Shown one piece after another: positions 38,604 through 52,303 of a stretch of 64,000 bases of DNA. The notes under the pieces are model-generated. The model worked only from the letters and a program-made list of their open reading frames with translations, did not search any database and was not told where the DNA came from. Every line of letters begins with the position of its first letter. Position 1 is the first letter of the stretch. The stretch covers positions 18,042,001 through 18,106,000 of the forward strand of contig NC_045138.2 in the NCBI RefSeq assembly GCF_008831285.2, in the 5' to 3' direction. Source of the DNA: Nymphaea colorata. Its lineage: Eukaryota. The translations under genes were made by a program, and so were the position numbers.

Positions 38604-41600
38604 CTCACTTAAAGGTAAAGCTCAGATACGTCGGAGCAAAAATGGGAAGATCCAAGCAAGATCCCCAGTGCGAAGAAAAAAGATTCAAGTTAGAGCGAAG
38701 AGTTTGAAGCAAGATTCCCAGATGGATTGGGCCACAAGAATTCAGAGGTGTTAAGCTTTAAGATTTTGAAAACTGAGAACTTTCATCTCCACTGTGATGC
38801 AAATACCGTAGGACGGAAAACACATCAGTTCCAACAGAAAGTTGCCAGAAGATAGGATGAAAAACATATCAGTTCTTTATTTCCTGTTAAACTGACCTTT
38901 TTGTGTGGAACTTCAGAAAAAACATGCTGCTTAAAGTTTACTATCATAACTGAGTGAGTTAAGGGCTTCAATTCAAATCCTGTGGATGTTATGCCTCAAA
39001 ACCCAAACATCTCTGTCTGATTTCAAAGCAAAGATTTGAGTATGAGCTAAAATTAAAATACCCGATACACAGGCTAAATGATTTCTGTTATCATTCATAA
39101 GATTCTGCATCATTGAACAGATCACAAGGACAGCAGGAGGTGGATTGGTCCCAAAAGATATACGTGAGATATTGCACTTCCCTACTTTTCTTATGTCTAA
39201 TCCCATTCACTCTCCTAACTTGCCCCCCGCATCATCACACAAATGCAGGATTTTGGTGATAAAATGTGCCACTACATGAGCATCACTTGAAAATGAACAA
39301 GCAACTTTAATTCAACATCTGTAAAGCGAAGCTTGAGAACAGATCAACAAAGGAAAGCCAATAAAGATGGAGCCGCTTGACTTCTTGGGTCGAAGAATAT
39401 CATCTTTCAGTGAACTCATACCAAGCTATCGTCTACAGCTTCTGAAACAATGGCGTAAACAAGCAATGAAGCGTCTGAAGCGGGAAAAGGAGGAAATGAA
39501 TCGACATTTTTTTAAACAAAGCCCACAAAACAAGAACCCAACAAGGTCATGTCTACAATCTCCAGTCCAAAAATGGGAACTCTCTGAAACCAGTTCATGG
39601 ATGTAATTCAACAAGAAAGGAGTTTCATCTCCCGTTACTGAAGATTACAATAAAAATGATCGACAGGAATTAGTGGGTACTCCTCTTTTGGCCCCAAATG
39701 GCCTAGCCGTGCCCCACTGTTGAAGGAACAGGTTACCGGAAATTGGTGAACTCCGGTGGACGACAGCAAAGCGGGCGGATTCTCGCAGAGGTGCAGGGGC
39801 TAGCTACAGTTGTGCCTTCTCTGAGTTCTCTCTATTTGCAGAGCTAATACAGAAAGGCAGCTTAGTTAAGAAAAACTTATCGCGCCTCTGGTTAGAATTG
39901 TCTAGTTCTTCTTGAATCGCTAGAGAGGATTCAGCTCCAATTTTACCTCAAATTGATCAGTTCAAGCACACCTTGGATAGGAAGTGCATCCTTGGGTGGT
40001 AGAGTTCGAACTTAGGTCATTAAGATTTGAAAGTCATCAGACCTTCTCCCATCTAATTACAACCGATCAGACGAAATCAGAGTTTTTGAGAGATTTGATT
40101 ACCCAGATCATAGACCTTAAATCCATGGCCTAAGCAATTTATGGATTTCAGAATTACAATCTTAGTATGAACCTTTTAACGCATCATTGAAAACACCTGC
40201 GTCGAATCTAAGATTAGAGGCAATTAAATTCCTCCGAAGGGTCGAACGATGTCTAGATTAGTAAAAGTACATTTTATTAAATTTTATGTGGCAAGTCATA
40301 AAAAATTCATAATTTCATCGTCATCGCTGCTTTCGTTGTACCACTTGGACGTCGGACGTCCCATCGAGAGTCTTAAGCAAGGTAGCCTCAATCACGATGA
40401 CTCTATTCTGGAATGGAATTGCAGTTATATTAACATTCCATGAATTACCATATAAGTACAATTATATCCAAAGCTAAAGTAATTTATATGCTGGCATAAC
40501 AGACGGTGCTAATAAAATATAACTCTTATAGCAAGTTATAAGCCATCCACTCAAATTGTTAATATGGGATTCACATTAAATTTTAAATTGTATGAATCGA
40601 GAGAGATACATGTATCTAAATTAAGTCCTGAAACTTCAGTCACATAAAGATACTTTTTAACTAAAATTGAACATGAAAATGCGTTCGTGCACTATTTGTT
40701 GTAATTTATAGGACATGCTTAGCTCAAGTTGGTCTTGCAGAAAACTTCTGCTTCGGCAGTCAATCTCCCAGCCGTTTTGCTTTGCATTTGAAGGGTCCAA
40801 GATTTTTTGGGCAGTCTAGAATTGCGACACTATGAATTGGTTCACTTCTGCCAAGAAAAAGACCCGAAACTTCAGTCACCATGAATTGTCCCCATTACTT
40901 GTGTTAAGAGTAGTAACTTCGGCATAGGGGCAGGTGCGGGTACCGTGTGGGCAATTTGCCACATACACCCACAAAACATACTTATTTTTATATTAGCATT
41001 TCAGAGAAATTTTCTTATTTACATGCTAATGGCCCCTAAAAGTTTCAAATTTATTACTAACGAATAGATTCAAAGATGGGAATGTTTGATCCAAATCCAA
41101 AACCGTCATTTAAGCCAAGATCTCTCTCCCTCTCTCATGCCGATGAACAGACATTTGTGTCACAAAAACACGACCAACCACATAAAATCACAACTTTTCC
41201 ACTTCCATTTGGGTCTCAAATAAACGGGACCAAATTCGTGAAATCACAACATTTCCACTATTACTGAGAAATTTGGCTATGAAGCAAAAGTTTTGCCTCA
41301 TTGGTGGCAATGCACTTCCAACATTAAACAAGTCAGTCCACAGTATAAAACGTATATGACGGTTAGTTTAACCATGGTTAACATAACTTGAAATAGCAAC
41401 CCAACTTTGGATGTGAACAACATGTCATATGGACTGTCTCGTAATACAAACGGGCAAACTTCATTAAAAAAAAAATGAGCCACAACAAAGGACGAACTGA
41501 AACAGTGTTCAGTAGCTTCATAATGTTCTTTCTGCAATTTTAATCAACAGACGTCAGCTGCAGTAAGTTGCATGACATGACATATATATGGTCCAGAGCA

Positions 41601-43852
41601 CAACACGATGTGAGAGTTCGAGAGGAGCCGATACGGTAGGTTAGCAAGTGACAAAGCCTACTGAGATTTGGTCAAGTTTGGCTCGCTGTGGGCCAAACTT
41701 GGAGTCAGCCTTGTCCCATCAATTAACACAGAAGATTTTTGGGTACCATAGAAAAATTGTCGACATTACTACGAAATTCTTGGATGAAGTGTCCGATTTC
41801 TCTTTGGATAACAAAGGGAATTTGATCAAGGGTTCATACAGACTGTTTGGAAATACGAAACGCCGTTTGGTTGACAGACACTAAGCCAGTTTTTGGCAAA
41901 ACTGGGAAAGAGGGAGAGAGCCCGAGCTCCTCTCTCTTCTCCTAGGCATGCAGTTAATTCTAGAGGAGTATGAAGCCTGATCTCAATTTTAATATGTTTC
42001 CCTTAATGGATGTTGGAGGATTATGGAGTGTTCATCAAGGGAATTATTGTAATTTTCTACTATTGTGAATTTACCTTGTTTTGACTCCTTTTTGGATGAA
42101 GTTAGCATATCTTGTAGTCATCTTAATCGAAAGAATTGAAGTTTAGTGTGGCCAAGCAGAGCGGAGGGAAAGGGGAGCGGAGGAGCCACGGCCCTCCTCA
42201 AGTTTTGGAAATTTAAAAGTAGTTGTTAAATTGAAAAAAGAAATATTTGGCTTCAGTAAAATTTTTGAAAAAATAAGGGTTGAATCCTGTTAAAACTTTT
42301 TATTTACTAGTTGAACAATTGTTCTGCCCCTCTAAAGATGAAATCTTGGCTCCATCCTGAGTCGGAAGACTTTTGATGTTTCTAGACTTTTGATGTTTCT
42401 GTATCACGCAAATCCTTGTGTCTTGTAGTTACTTTTCTTCAAAATCTCAAAATGATAAGAGGGCATCATCCTTTGGGTGGTATGGAGGTTAACAACCCAC
42501 CACTTCAAAAAAATTCTAAGGCCTTCATTTCCCTCTCCCCCCAACCCCCACTCCTTTGCCTCAAATTTTACATTTCAAAAGAATAGCACCTATGAGAATT
42601 GAAAAAATAACCTGTCTTCTACGCACCTGCCTGCATGCCTGACCAGCAAAGGGTGAAAAAGCATCATTCTTGACAGTTAAATTTACTGCAAACTTACCAT
42701 CGAAAAGAGGCATATTGCACAACAGAAATAGGTGTGGCATCCCATTTTATCTCGATTCTGAAGATAGTTGATTCATCCTCCTATTCGATCATAGACCTAA
42801 AACAGCTGATATGAGTGAGTTGTGAAGGGCATTGAGATGCAAACCCTGAACCAGACATCAACATATCAGCACAGAAAGTACTTAAATGTCAAGAATTTGG
42901 TCATCCGCTGCCGATGCTGAATTCTTACAGTGTGGTTGGGAAGTAAATGGACAACATTTATATAGAAATCTAACAAAATCGCTTGATGTGAAATATATGT
43001 AAGGCTTCAATTGGATCATGACAACCACACTTGATGTAGACATTCTCTTTTAGTGGAATGATTGCATTTGATGCAATAAATATGGCAAATTCTTTGCTTT
43101 ATTACCAATGTAGAAGTACCAACCAAATTCTTGTGGCTCTGAAATTATTCCGATTAGATATTGATATCGATGGCTTGAGCAGAACAACCAGAAAGCTTCA
43201 AATTAAAGGTCTACAGAGCAGTGGTGGCGGTCCTTTTGGAATATTCTTCAATGAACATCATGATCAATTGATTTGAAGCATGTCAGCCTCGAAGCGACTA
43301 CAACTGCCAGCCTACAAGTCCTAAATTGCTTTTTACTAGCACAGTTGCTAACTTTTAATATTGGTATATGAATCAGTTAGCATATTTCAGTAGTACTGTC
43401 TCTCTCTCACACACACGCATCTGCAACAAGAGAATTTTAGTTAGGTTTCTCCATGTGAACTGATCAAATTTGTGGGAGAGATTTATATATCTGTTCTTTT
43501 TAAACAGTTACTGTTTTTGAATCTTGGAGTGCACAAGTTTTTTGGGGAACACCCATTACACACATGGGCACCTGTACGCATGCGCATGCACATACACACA
43601 GCGGCCTAGATAGGAATAGAAAACTCTTGGTTTTAGGGGCACCAGTATGTATAAATGAATAAATCAATTAAAGCACCAATATGAAAATAAATGTTCTTTG
43701 TGAGGTTGGTGTGAGCAACTCTAGGCTGGTTGTATGCATATGCCAGTGCACCATTCATAAGCCCATGTGTATGACATGTACCCCGACAATGGGTTAGGAG
43801 GACACATGTTATGCATCAAAGACTATGTATGGTGCACCCTGATGCACATAAT

Positions 43853-43869
43853 TCTCTCTCTCTCTCTCT

Positions 43870-43915
<46 letters not shown>
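43853..43915. repeat. Abutting (TC)n and (GA)n microsatellites (self-complementary)
   Basis: TCTCTC...TT GGAGAGAG... read directly. Confidence 0.9.
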
Positions 43916-43922
<7 letters not shown>

Positions 43923-46264
43923 ATTACCTATACCTTCTTATATGTGGTTCCACATCTGCACACACACATCTACACATAATATATGTGTCTTGATGTGAAT
44001 CTGAATGCATGCTTCATGTGATCAAGAATGAAAGATATTCTAGGTATGTTGTGTTCAAATTAGTTTTCTCAATGCCTGGTGTTACTCTTTGAGATCAAAC
44101 CCAACATTAATTTTTAATACCTTGGCATTAAATAATGAATAGGTAGTCTGAGAAAAAATAAAAAAAATTCTGGAATTTTGCCAGGGAAAGGCAGACAGAA
44201 TGAACTCTACAGAGGAAGCATTTGGAACAATTTAACTTGCAGAAGAAATGGTGCTGCTCATTCCCTGGGAAAGATGGAAAAGACCCAAGAATCTGACTAT
44301 TCCCACTCTTAGCCAAGCTGCTCTTGTAGGCCTTACAATTGCTGAAGGATTTCACTGGGCCTTTTCTGGTGTTGGATTGTACTCCACCCTAGAAGTAGTC
44401 TTTAGGAAATGAGGTTTTGGCTCTGGAATTTGCAGGCTTATTGGTAATTTTAGAGAAATTTTTAAAAAGTACCTAAAGATTTGATAATAATAAATAAAGA
44501 TTTGATAATAATAAAAAGAAAGACGCACCTACTTTTTCAATATTATTACAAACCCACCCATGTTTTGTATATCGTTAACTAAGAATTAATAACATTCTCT
44601 CATTGAAACCCAATGCTATCACTACTTAGACTAATGAGACAAATTATTGATTAGAATATACTTAATCATAAAACAATTGCGTTATACAAACAATATGATT
44701 GTTTCATATTCCACTCTATTCAAATTAATTACTTTTTTTTTCAGTATCAAAATTAGTCTGGTGAATGCGTCAACTAACAAATAACATGTCCATCTTCCGG
44801 TGTAATGATCGGAAGAAAAATGTCAATAAATATTGAACTATGCCTGCATGGTTGTGTCTACGTTCAAATGGAATAGGAAGACAAATTTTACCAATTCGAG
44901 ATCCGAAAGTTTCAGCAACCATAATTATGACCTTGTTTGGCTGCTTTAGGTAGTTAATGAGCTCATGGCTTTCACGATCTTTATAAAGAAGTAAGGTTTC
45001 CTATGACCTAGGGAAAAAATATTTATACAAAGCATAAAAGAAAAATAGAAGTAAACATAAGGGTTTAGGATACTTTCATGCGAAAGAAAAAAATGGCCTG
45101 GAAAGGGTATGTTGCACTGATTTAGGCCAATGGCAGGTAGGTGACTGGTCATTGGTTCAAGTTGCGTGGGCGCCAACTCTTTTTTTGCCAATAGGAGGGA
45201 ACTAGCATGCTAGTTAACATAAATTTCACACCAAACACCAATGCAGCACTGGAGTTTGGAGGCACCGATACAGAGGGAGGGAGGGGCCTTTTTCTCTTCG
45301 CTTGGTTATGAGATACTCTTCTTGCTCACTTAAAAACAAGAAGCAAAACCCCCAACTCTAAAAAAGCGACCCATCTTTTGATATTGCTGACCTATATAAG
45401 CTTAGACTTGGTCATTCCTGGTGAAAAACCATGCAGCCACCCTAGAAAAGCTACCGTATCCAAATGTTCATAGAAGATAGTAGATTAATAAACCAATTGA
45501 CAAGGGGCACTCCACAAATAACTAAGAGGTACAATACAGTATATAAATAAACCAATTGTTGGAGACCACAAATGTGAAAATGAATAAAATTTTAGGGCTG
45601 TGTGGGCAAGTGCCCACACATGATCACATGTGGCCCTGCCCCTTCCATTTTTTAATTCCTTTTTGGGTGAGCTAAAAGCCCTCTGGACGAGCCCTTGTCC
45701 TTGCTTCCCGGGCTTAATGCTCCATCAAGTGAATGGTGTGAAGACAATTGAACACTGTCAATTTGGCCCCTTGTTACATCTCATAAGGCCCCAAATCATA
45801 TTGCCTAAGAAAATTATATTAGCAATGCGTCTCTTTCCACACAACTGGCCAACTACGATATGCTTCTTGATATAATTTTCTATGCTTCTTGTTATAATTT
45901 TCAATTAAAAGATGTGAAAATAACCTTTTTCCCTAGTCCAGAAATGACCATGGTTCGATTTGATTCAGTCAAATTCTACACAATTTTATAAAACAATATA
46001 TATATATATATATACACTAGATAATTTGTAAAAACTTGCCAGAAAGCAAAAAATTTCATTTCAACTGATCCATCGTTGGAATCCGCTTTCAAAACCTGAA
46101 GCATCTCTTTGTTGTTTCTTTTATTTATTTGTCTATATTTTCAAAAAACAGACCATACGCCCTGAAGGGACAAATATGTCATTAAAAAAGTCAAGAGGCA
46201 AAACCGTCCTTGAACCGCCTCTGGTTCACAATTTCGCCAGACAATTTCACCGGACTGTCCTCAA

Positions 46265-46456
46265 AGGGGGCCCAGTCGAAGACGTGGAGTCACTTTATTG
46301 GGCATGTGGCCCCAGAAGCGGGGCCCAGAGTATCTTGTAGATTGTGAAGTGGGGCCCGCAGCAGCCTTAAACGCTCGGGCCAAGCTTTCCCTTCCAGAAA
46401 GCCGCACGGGAGCAACCCTTGGGAAAGCACAGCGGGGCCCACCAGTCTTTTGGGCT
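46265..46456. promoter_or_regulatory. Candidate enhancer: dense GGGCCC/TCP-site cluster
   Basis: GGGCCCA 46268, GTGGCCCC 46306, GGGCCCA 46321, GTGGGGCCC 46349, GGGCCCAC 46435 and TGGGCT 46451, in an AT-rich background. Confidence 0.4.
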
Positions 46457-46520
46457 TGACCTTTTTGACTGACGAAAAAATTACAAAGAGGGGCACATTC
46501 TTCTTGGAGACGGACGAGCG

Positions 46521-46925
46521 TGGGGCTTGCTTCTTCGGGCTCGCTTGACAAAACTTGGCTTGTGTTCGACTAGTTTATAAACAAGTTAAGTTCAAGCTTA
46601 CAAAAATACTTGAAATGATAAGCGAATCGAGTTAGAGTTTTAGAAACTCAACTAGTTTATATTTTATTCGACTCTCAAACCGGTACTATGTCAAAACCGG
46701 TTTCTCAGGTACTATGTCAAAACCGGTTTCTCAAGTTACACACGTTAACGTTAAATGACTTGACGTCTAAACAAGTTAAATAAGTTAAACGAGTTGAGTT
46801 CGAGCTTGATTTGTATATTTGAGTCGAGTTCAAACTTGTTATAAATAGCTCGAGCTCGCGTGTTTGAGATGAGTCAAGCTCGAGTTGGCCAAGCTCAGGC
46901 TTGACTCGGCTCGTGTGCAGCCCTA
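46521..46925. mobile_element. GAGCTCGAG-rich hAT-like MITE
   Basis: Right end CTCGGCTCGTGTGCAGCCCTA with repeated CGAGC/GCTCG motifs and a 26-bp internal duplication (~46682-46733). Relatives at 36061-36373 and ~47670-48060. The left end is uncertain. Confidence 0.55.
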
Positions 46926-49900
46926 CCTCCCAAGCGTTCGATTGAGGTATCCTCGAAAATGACCGAAATGTGTTCATGTTTTAAAATTAATTGTTCATCC
47001 AACTTTGGAGAAGATGACAAAATGGGGTTAAATGAAAATACTTTGAATTTAATTGTATATTGATGCATGGGCAAATGAATAAAATCACTCCTAAATTAGT
47101 TGTCATTTTGTATAAATAATTTAGGAGAAGCCAAGTTATTCACGCCCCTTTGAAAACGTTGTTTTATTGAAATCCATTGATTTGTTGTAGACGTGACGAA
47201 TGCTTTTGTTGATGTAGCGAAAGTTTCATGGTAAGATGCACAGTTCATCATACTAACGATGCATTTTTGGACATGATACACACTTAAGATCTTTATTTTG
47301 CTTATTCTCATTGAGAAAACGTCAAATTTAAGATCGTCAGAAGATATCAAATTCGAGGCTATCAAACGGCCACTAAATCACTCAACTTTTCTCTTATAAA
47401 TGGCAAGATCATTTATAGCCACCCTCTACTCAAGTAAGGTTTTCTGTAGGTTGGGGTCCGTCTTCAATCAATTTTTCATGAGGCGGGTGAAATTAAAGTT
47501 TTAAAATTTTGATTAGGGTCGAAATATCATTTTTCAAAATTTTTATATAAAATATATAATTTTTTTTTTTGAGGTGGGACCAGGGTCCATGCGAGCCCTA
47601 CCTTAACTCCGCCCATGTAATCCCAACATCACAATGTGGACTGATCTCATGCAAGGACAGACATATATACATGTTGAGCTTAGTCGATTTTCTAGTGTAC
47701 CACATTGGTCGGACCCAGCTCCATAAGTTCCTGCGCAACTCTTGGCTTAAACTGAAGTCCAACTCCACCGCGTTCACTAGCTTGAGCTCGGCTCGATTGC
47801 TCTTAGAAAGACTTGAACACATCAGCTAAGGTTGACCCAAGTTTAGCAGAGATGAGTACTGAATAAATTTTTATTTAATGAGGACACTAGTGGGTTTTGA
47901 ACTCAAAACCCAGCTCTTTTGAAGAGTCAACTGGGACTTTACTTGAGCCCAGCCTGCCAAACACAGCTTAGCTCGCTTATACATGCATCTTGTCGCTCTA
48001 CCTTTGTTTGTCTATTGAATCGGTCGAGCATGGAGCTGAGTTACCGGAATTTGATTGCCCACGGACTTGATCAGATTCAATCCACAGTACCAGAAAATGA
48101 TTCAAATTTGAAAACGACATGGATTTGAAGGTTAGTCATTTCACTATCGATTTAAATTTATTGGTACCAACTTAATCAATTGTCAACATTAATATGTTTG
48201 CGGTCCTCCGTAGCTATCACTGATGCATCTTTGTATTGGACGTGCCATGACCATGTATCCTACTATATGCTGTCATCTCGTCCATCTTATGCGCTTGATT
48301 GAGATCAATAATCTCATTCTCTTGTCCTTAACTTAGGCCCCATGTCATCCAGCTTTCCTGAAATTTTTTTCCTTGATCAGTTTTTGCACCCAGTTTTTAC
48401 ATTGATAAGTTCTCTTTCACGAAACTGCAAGGAAAGTTTTAATTGAGACTGCAATCCTTATTACAAGATCATTTTTTCATTATTTCAATGATTTGTAGAC
48501 ATAAAACTTTTATGTTTCATGAAATTCTCATTTTCGAACTATTGAATACATGTAGCATACTAAAATTCGTGGCATGTAGAATCTACGTCTATGTTTTTGA
48601 GAATAGATTGTTTGGCTCTTCATAACTATATTGGTTTCTTTTTGTTCATTATATAAATATATGTGTATGTGTGTGTATGTATATGCATAATGGTATGTCC
48701 TAACTAGTTAGAAGTTAAGACTGATAAGGAACAATCATATATTTGATCTTTTCCAGGACGAGAGAAAAACAAGTAAAGAAAAAGTGATGGGACATTTTTT
48801 CGTCTAGTATTCCTTCACACATTTTATTCATTGTTTTCTCTCATCTACCAATGTAGAAAAGTTTGAAAGGCTAAAGTTTTTTATTATCTGTTTAGTTTAT
48901 AAGTATACTTTGATTTCCCATTAAACCCCGTTAGCCTGATTAGTCGGCTTGACATATGACTATCAATTGGAAAAGTAGATCTGATCTCATGCATAAATCT
49001 GGTCGGGGTTTTTCCAAGATCAAAAGGAATAAAAAATCTCATTACGGGTCTCACAACTTGCTACATGGTACCAAAAGATTGTTCAAAGTTAGTGAGGGGC
49101 CCCTCGAAAAGCCAATGAATTATGTGAGTCTGCCTCCTTGTCCAGGATTGCATCACACGCTAAGGAATCCACTTTTTTCAATCATTAATAGTTGGATTTG
49201 AAATAAGAGCCCCATATAGTAGGGAAAATTTTCTTTTAAAGCCCATCGATTGGTTGTAAATTTAATAACCTCATTGATCAACAAATATGCTAATCTTTTA
49301 ACATGGGACTTTGTTTTAAAGGCTGAGATTGAGCAGACATAATGTAAAAAGAGAACTCCCTTTATAAGGACAAAAAAAAAATTACATTGTTTAATGAAAA
49401 TATCCCTCTCCTAGCATGGTCGAACACATGGCTTGTGTTAGACATCGAACATAGAACCCGCCTTCCCCAACCAAGAGATGAAAGGTATGTTGTTTGTTCA
49501 AAGGAAGTCGATGTAGTGGGTTTATATAAGCTAAAGCAGGCATAGACCTCAAAAGCAAGAGTACCAAGCTCAGGGTTTCACACTCTTGAGATTGCAATGA
49601 AGTTGCATGTCTTGAGTAAAATTTTACCGTGTTTGAAATAGAAAAGGCTCCATTTTCAAGTCAAGAACCTGCTTTTCCTTTTTCCTTTACACTCTTCATA
49701 GTGCTTTTAAACTTGGTTGCAAAATAATGATGAAAGGCTGCACTTATTTGTTAGTTGTTAATAAAAGTGAGGTTTTCATTCAAGAATCTCTTAAACATGA
49801 ACCCCTTTTCTGAGAATTGCAGCCAAAGGATGGGCTGTTAAATGAAATTCCCCAAAAAACAATTTTATATTATGCACAAATTGTTCTCAATTTTTTCATG

Positions 49901-50424
49901 CCAGTACAAAACTAGGGTCATACTACGTCACATGGGCATGCCATTTTTGATACGTAGAATAATATTATAAGTGACAGATGAAGGGACACATACTTTTATG
50001 CTTTATTGATGTTTAACATTTCTCACAATTTGTTAGCAATAGCAACAATGTGGAGAAATATGGAACCTGCATTTTAATCGTTCAAACAATTCTTCATCTT
50101 CCAATCACAATTGTGACAGCGTGATTCATTTCGTCACGAGTCATTCGAACTTGTCAAATCACTGGACATTTTTATTGAAAAGGAAATTTTTCATCTAGCT
50201 ACGAGATTTTAGGCATAATCTGTATTGTACGACCGAAACTTTAATAATCTCGCAGACGAGGGCCTCACATTTATAGTTTCATTTTTTTTTGAAAAGTGTG
50301 ATCCTTTTTATTTTTTTTCCATGTACGTTCAAATCGAAGAGCGGTAGTCTGCCTGCCGTAAAAAAGTATACTAGTTTTACCAACACTAATGAGATACAAA
50401 CATGGCATTATTTTGAAAAATTAA

Positions 50425-50473
<49 letters not shown>

Positions 50474-51268
50474 CTTTGTACTTTGCCCTTTATGTTTCAT
50501 CTATGTGTTTGAGTAGATAAATCCTTCAACCTCTCACAGCACATAGCCGATGCAATCATGCGATGAGTTTAATCGTGTTAGCTGCCGTGATTGAATGGAG
50601 TTTTGAATAGCAAGATGAATTCATCTCTTATATACACACATAAGAACATAGGTAGTTATTTTGAACTTTATATACCGGAAGGAATCATTTGAGTAGACAA
50701 TGGAGATTAAGTTGAAAAATATGGAAACTATCTATATTTTCAAATAAGAACAAAATAGAGAGGAAAAAGAAAACTGATCAATTTCCTTAAACGAGGAACC
50801 TTGTCTCATTTGAAGAATATTTCAACTTCTTGAATTACTTGATTTCCAGATTTTCAACCAAATCTCTACTATTATAATTAACAGCTTACTTAGTTTCTAC
50901 TAAATATGTTATATAAAGGTTTAGTATAGCTATTTGCACGTGCTAGACATTTAGATGTTATATGAACAACAAAAATCTTAGCCTTTAAGATAGGCAGTTG
51001 AGATAAAAACAATAAAAAAAAAATAGAAAAAAAAAAGTGAACTAATGATAGCTGACAAAAAAACACCATCACATTTTTCTTCTGGCTTTTCTCTCAACAG
51101 CCTATCTAGAAAAAATGAAAAATTCTAAGTTGTTATATATTATCCATCTAACAGTACCCTCTCTCTCTCTCCCTCTCTTTCTCTCTCCCCGTTATTCTCC
51201 CTTTGTTTTATTCGTACTTCTTTCTAAAGTAGTGTTGGATTGCTGAAATTGTGCTCCATATCACGAGG

Positions 51269-51757
51269 GTGTAGGCTCACCTTTGAATCGAGTGAAGAAA
51301 ACCAGACTTCTAAGTCCTATGCCTTCGATTCTCTCTTTTTAGTTCTCAAGGTTAAAAGGTCCAAGACTTTTTCAAGTGTTTTTTATTGTCCTTCGTAAGT
51401 AAAGTTAGCCTTTTCATGAAATAAATAATAATTTTTTGGTATTTTGAGCTTAGAAAAACAGCTTTTTTCTAATATAATAATAAAAGTATAATCTAAATAA
51501 ATAAAAAGGGTTATGAAGTGTAGAGTTTACCTTCGAATCGAGTGAAGAAAACCAAACTGCCATGCCTTTGACTCTCTCTTTTTAGTTCTCAAGGTTTCAA
51601 CGTCCATGAACTGCAGAAAAGTGTCTAAGACTTTTTCCAAGTGTATTTGGTTGTTAGCCTTTACATGAAATAGATATTAATTTTTGGTATTTTGAGCTTA
51701 TATAAATAACATTGTTCTAATATAATAATAAAAAACAATTTAAATAAAGCATGAAGT
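51269..51757. repeat. Diverged tandem duplication, ~249-bp period, upstream of EPFL
   Basis: Copies start at 51269 and 51518. Shared blocks include GAATCGAGTGAAGAAAACCA, CTCTCTTTTTAGTTCTCAAGGTT, TTTTTGGTATTTTGAGCTTA and TTCTAATATAATAATAAAA. Confidence 0.9.
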
Positions 51758-52303
51758 CATGTTACCGTAAATGAGGAGGTACTTCAGTCATTTGACAGAT
51801 GAAACCCCCAATCAGCAATCCCACTCGTGTCTGATGCCAGTCACGGTTTTCTTTTTTCTTATATTGGGGAAAAAAAAATTAATATCCGCCATTGACTGAG
51901 AGAACTTCATGTAAAAATCACCTCAGAAATGAAAAAAATGAAAAACAAAAACAAAAAGGGAACAATAAAAATAAGTTTTTAAAAGAGATAAAACACCAAT
52001 AATAGTTCAATCGAGCCTATACTCTTTGTCTCCTCTTCCTTTCTCCCTGCCTCCCTCCGCATCTGTTCTTCGCTGTTTTCTCTCTGACTGCCGTTACTGT
52101 CTCAGACTATCGTTTCTGCAACTTCTCCCGTCTTCACTAGTCCCTCTCTCCCTTCATCTATAAGCTTTCTTTTTCTTGGTCTTCCTTGAGAGAGAGTGAG
52201 AGAGAGAAGGAGGGAGAGAGAAAAGAAGAAGAAGAAGAAGAAGAAGCATAGACGCCATCCGCCCTCCTTCCTCCTCTCTATTTGGTGCCACAGTTCAGCG
52301 GCC

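Noticed and set aside
39150..39240. C-box-like GTGATGA on the minus strand (snoRNA?)
   Set aside because: No D-box or terminal stem at a suitable distance.
39985..40063. tRNA-like or B-box-like segments (also ~1276, ~45150)
   Set aside because: No cloverleaf; at most very decayed SINE heads.
41650..41715. Hairpin CAAGTTTGGCTCG/TGGGCCAAACTTG downstream of a TATA-like tract
   Set aside because: The stem is only ~13 bp with a poorly paired base, too short for a miRNA precursor.
43050..43135. WND...AINMANSLLYY.QC, faintly like a receptor-kinase subdomain
   Set aside because: Needs frameshifts and lacks the catalytic loop.
44220..44273. IWNNLTCRRNGAAHSLGK, like a LINE RNase H C-terminal motif
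   Set aside because: Single short motif with no supporting flanks.
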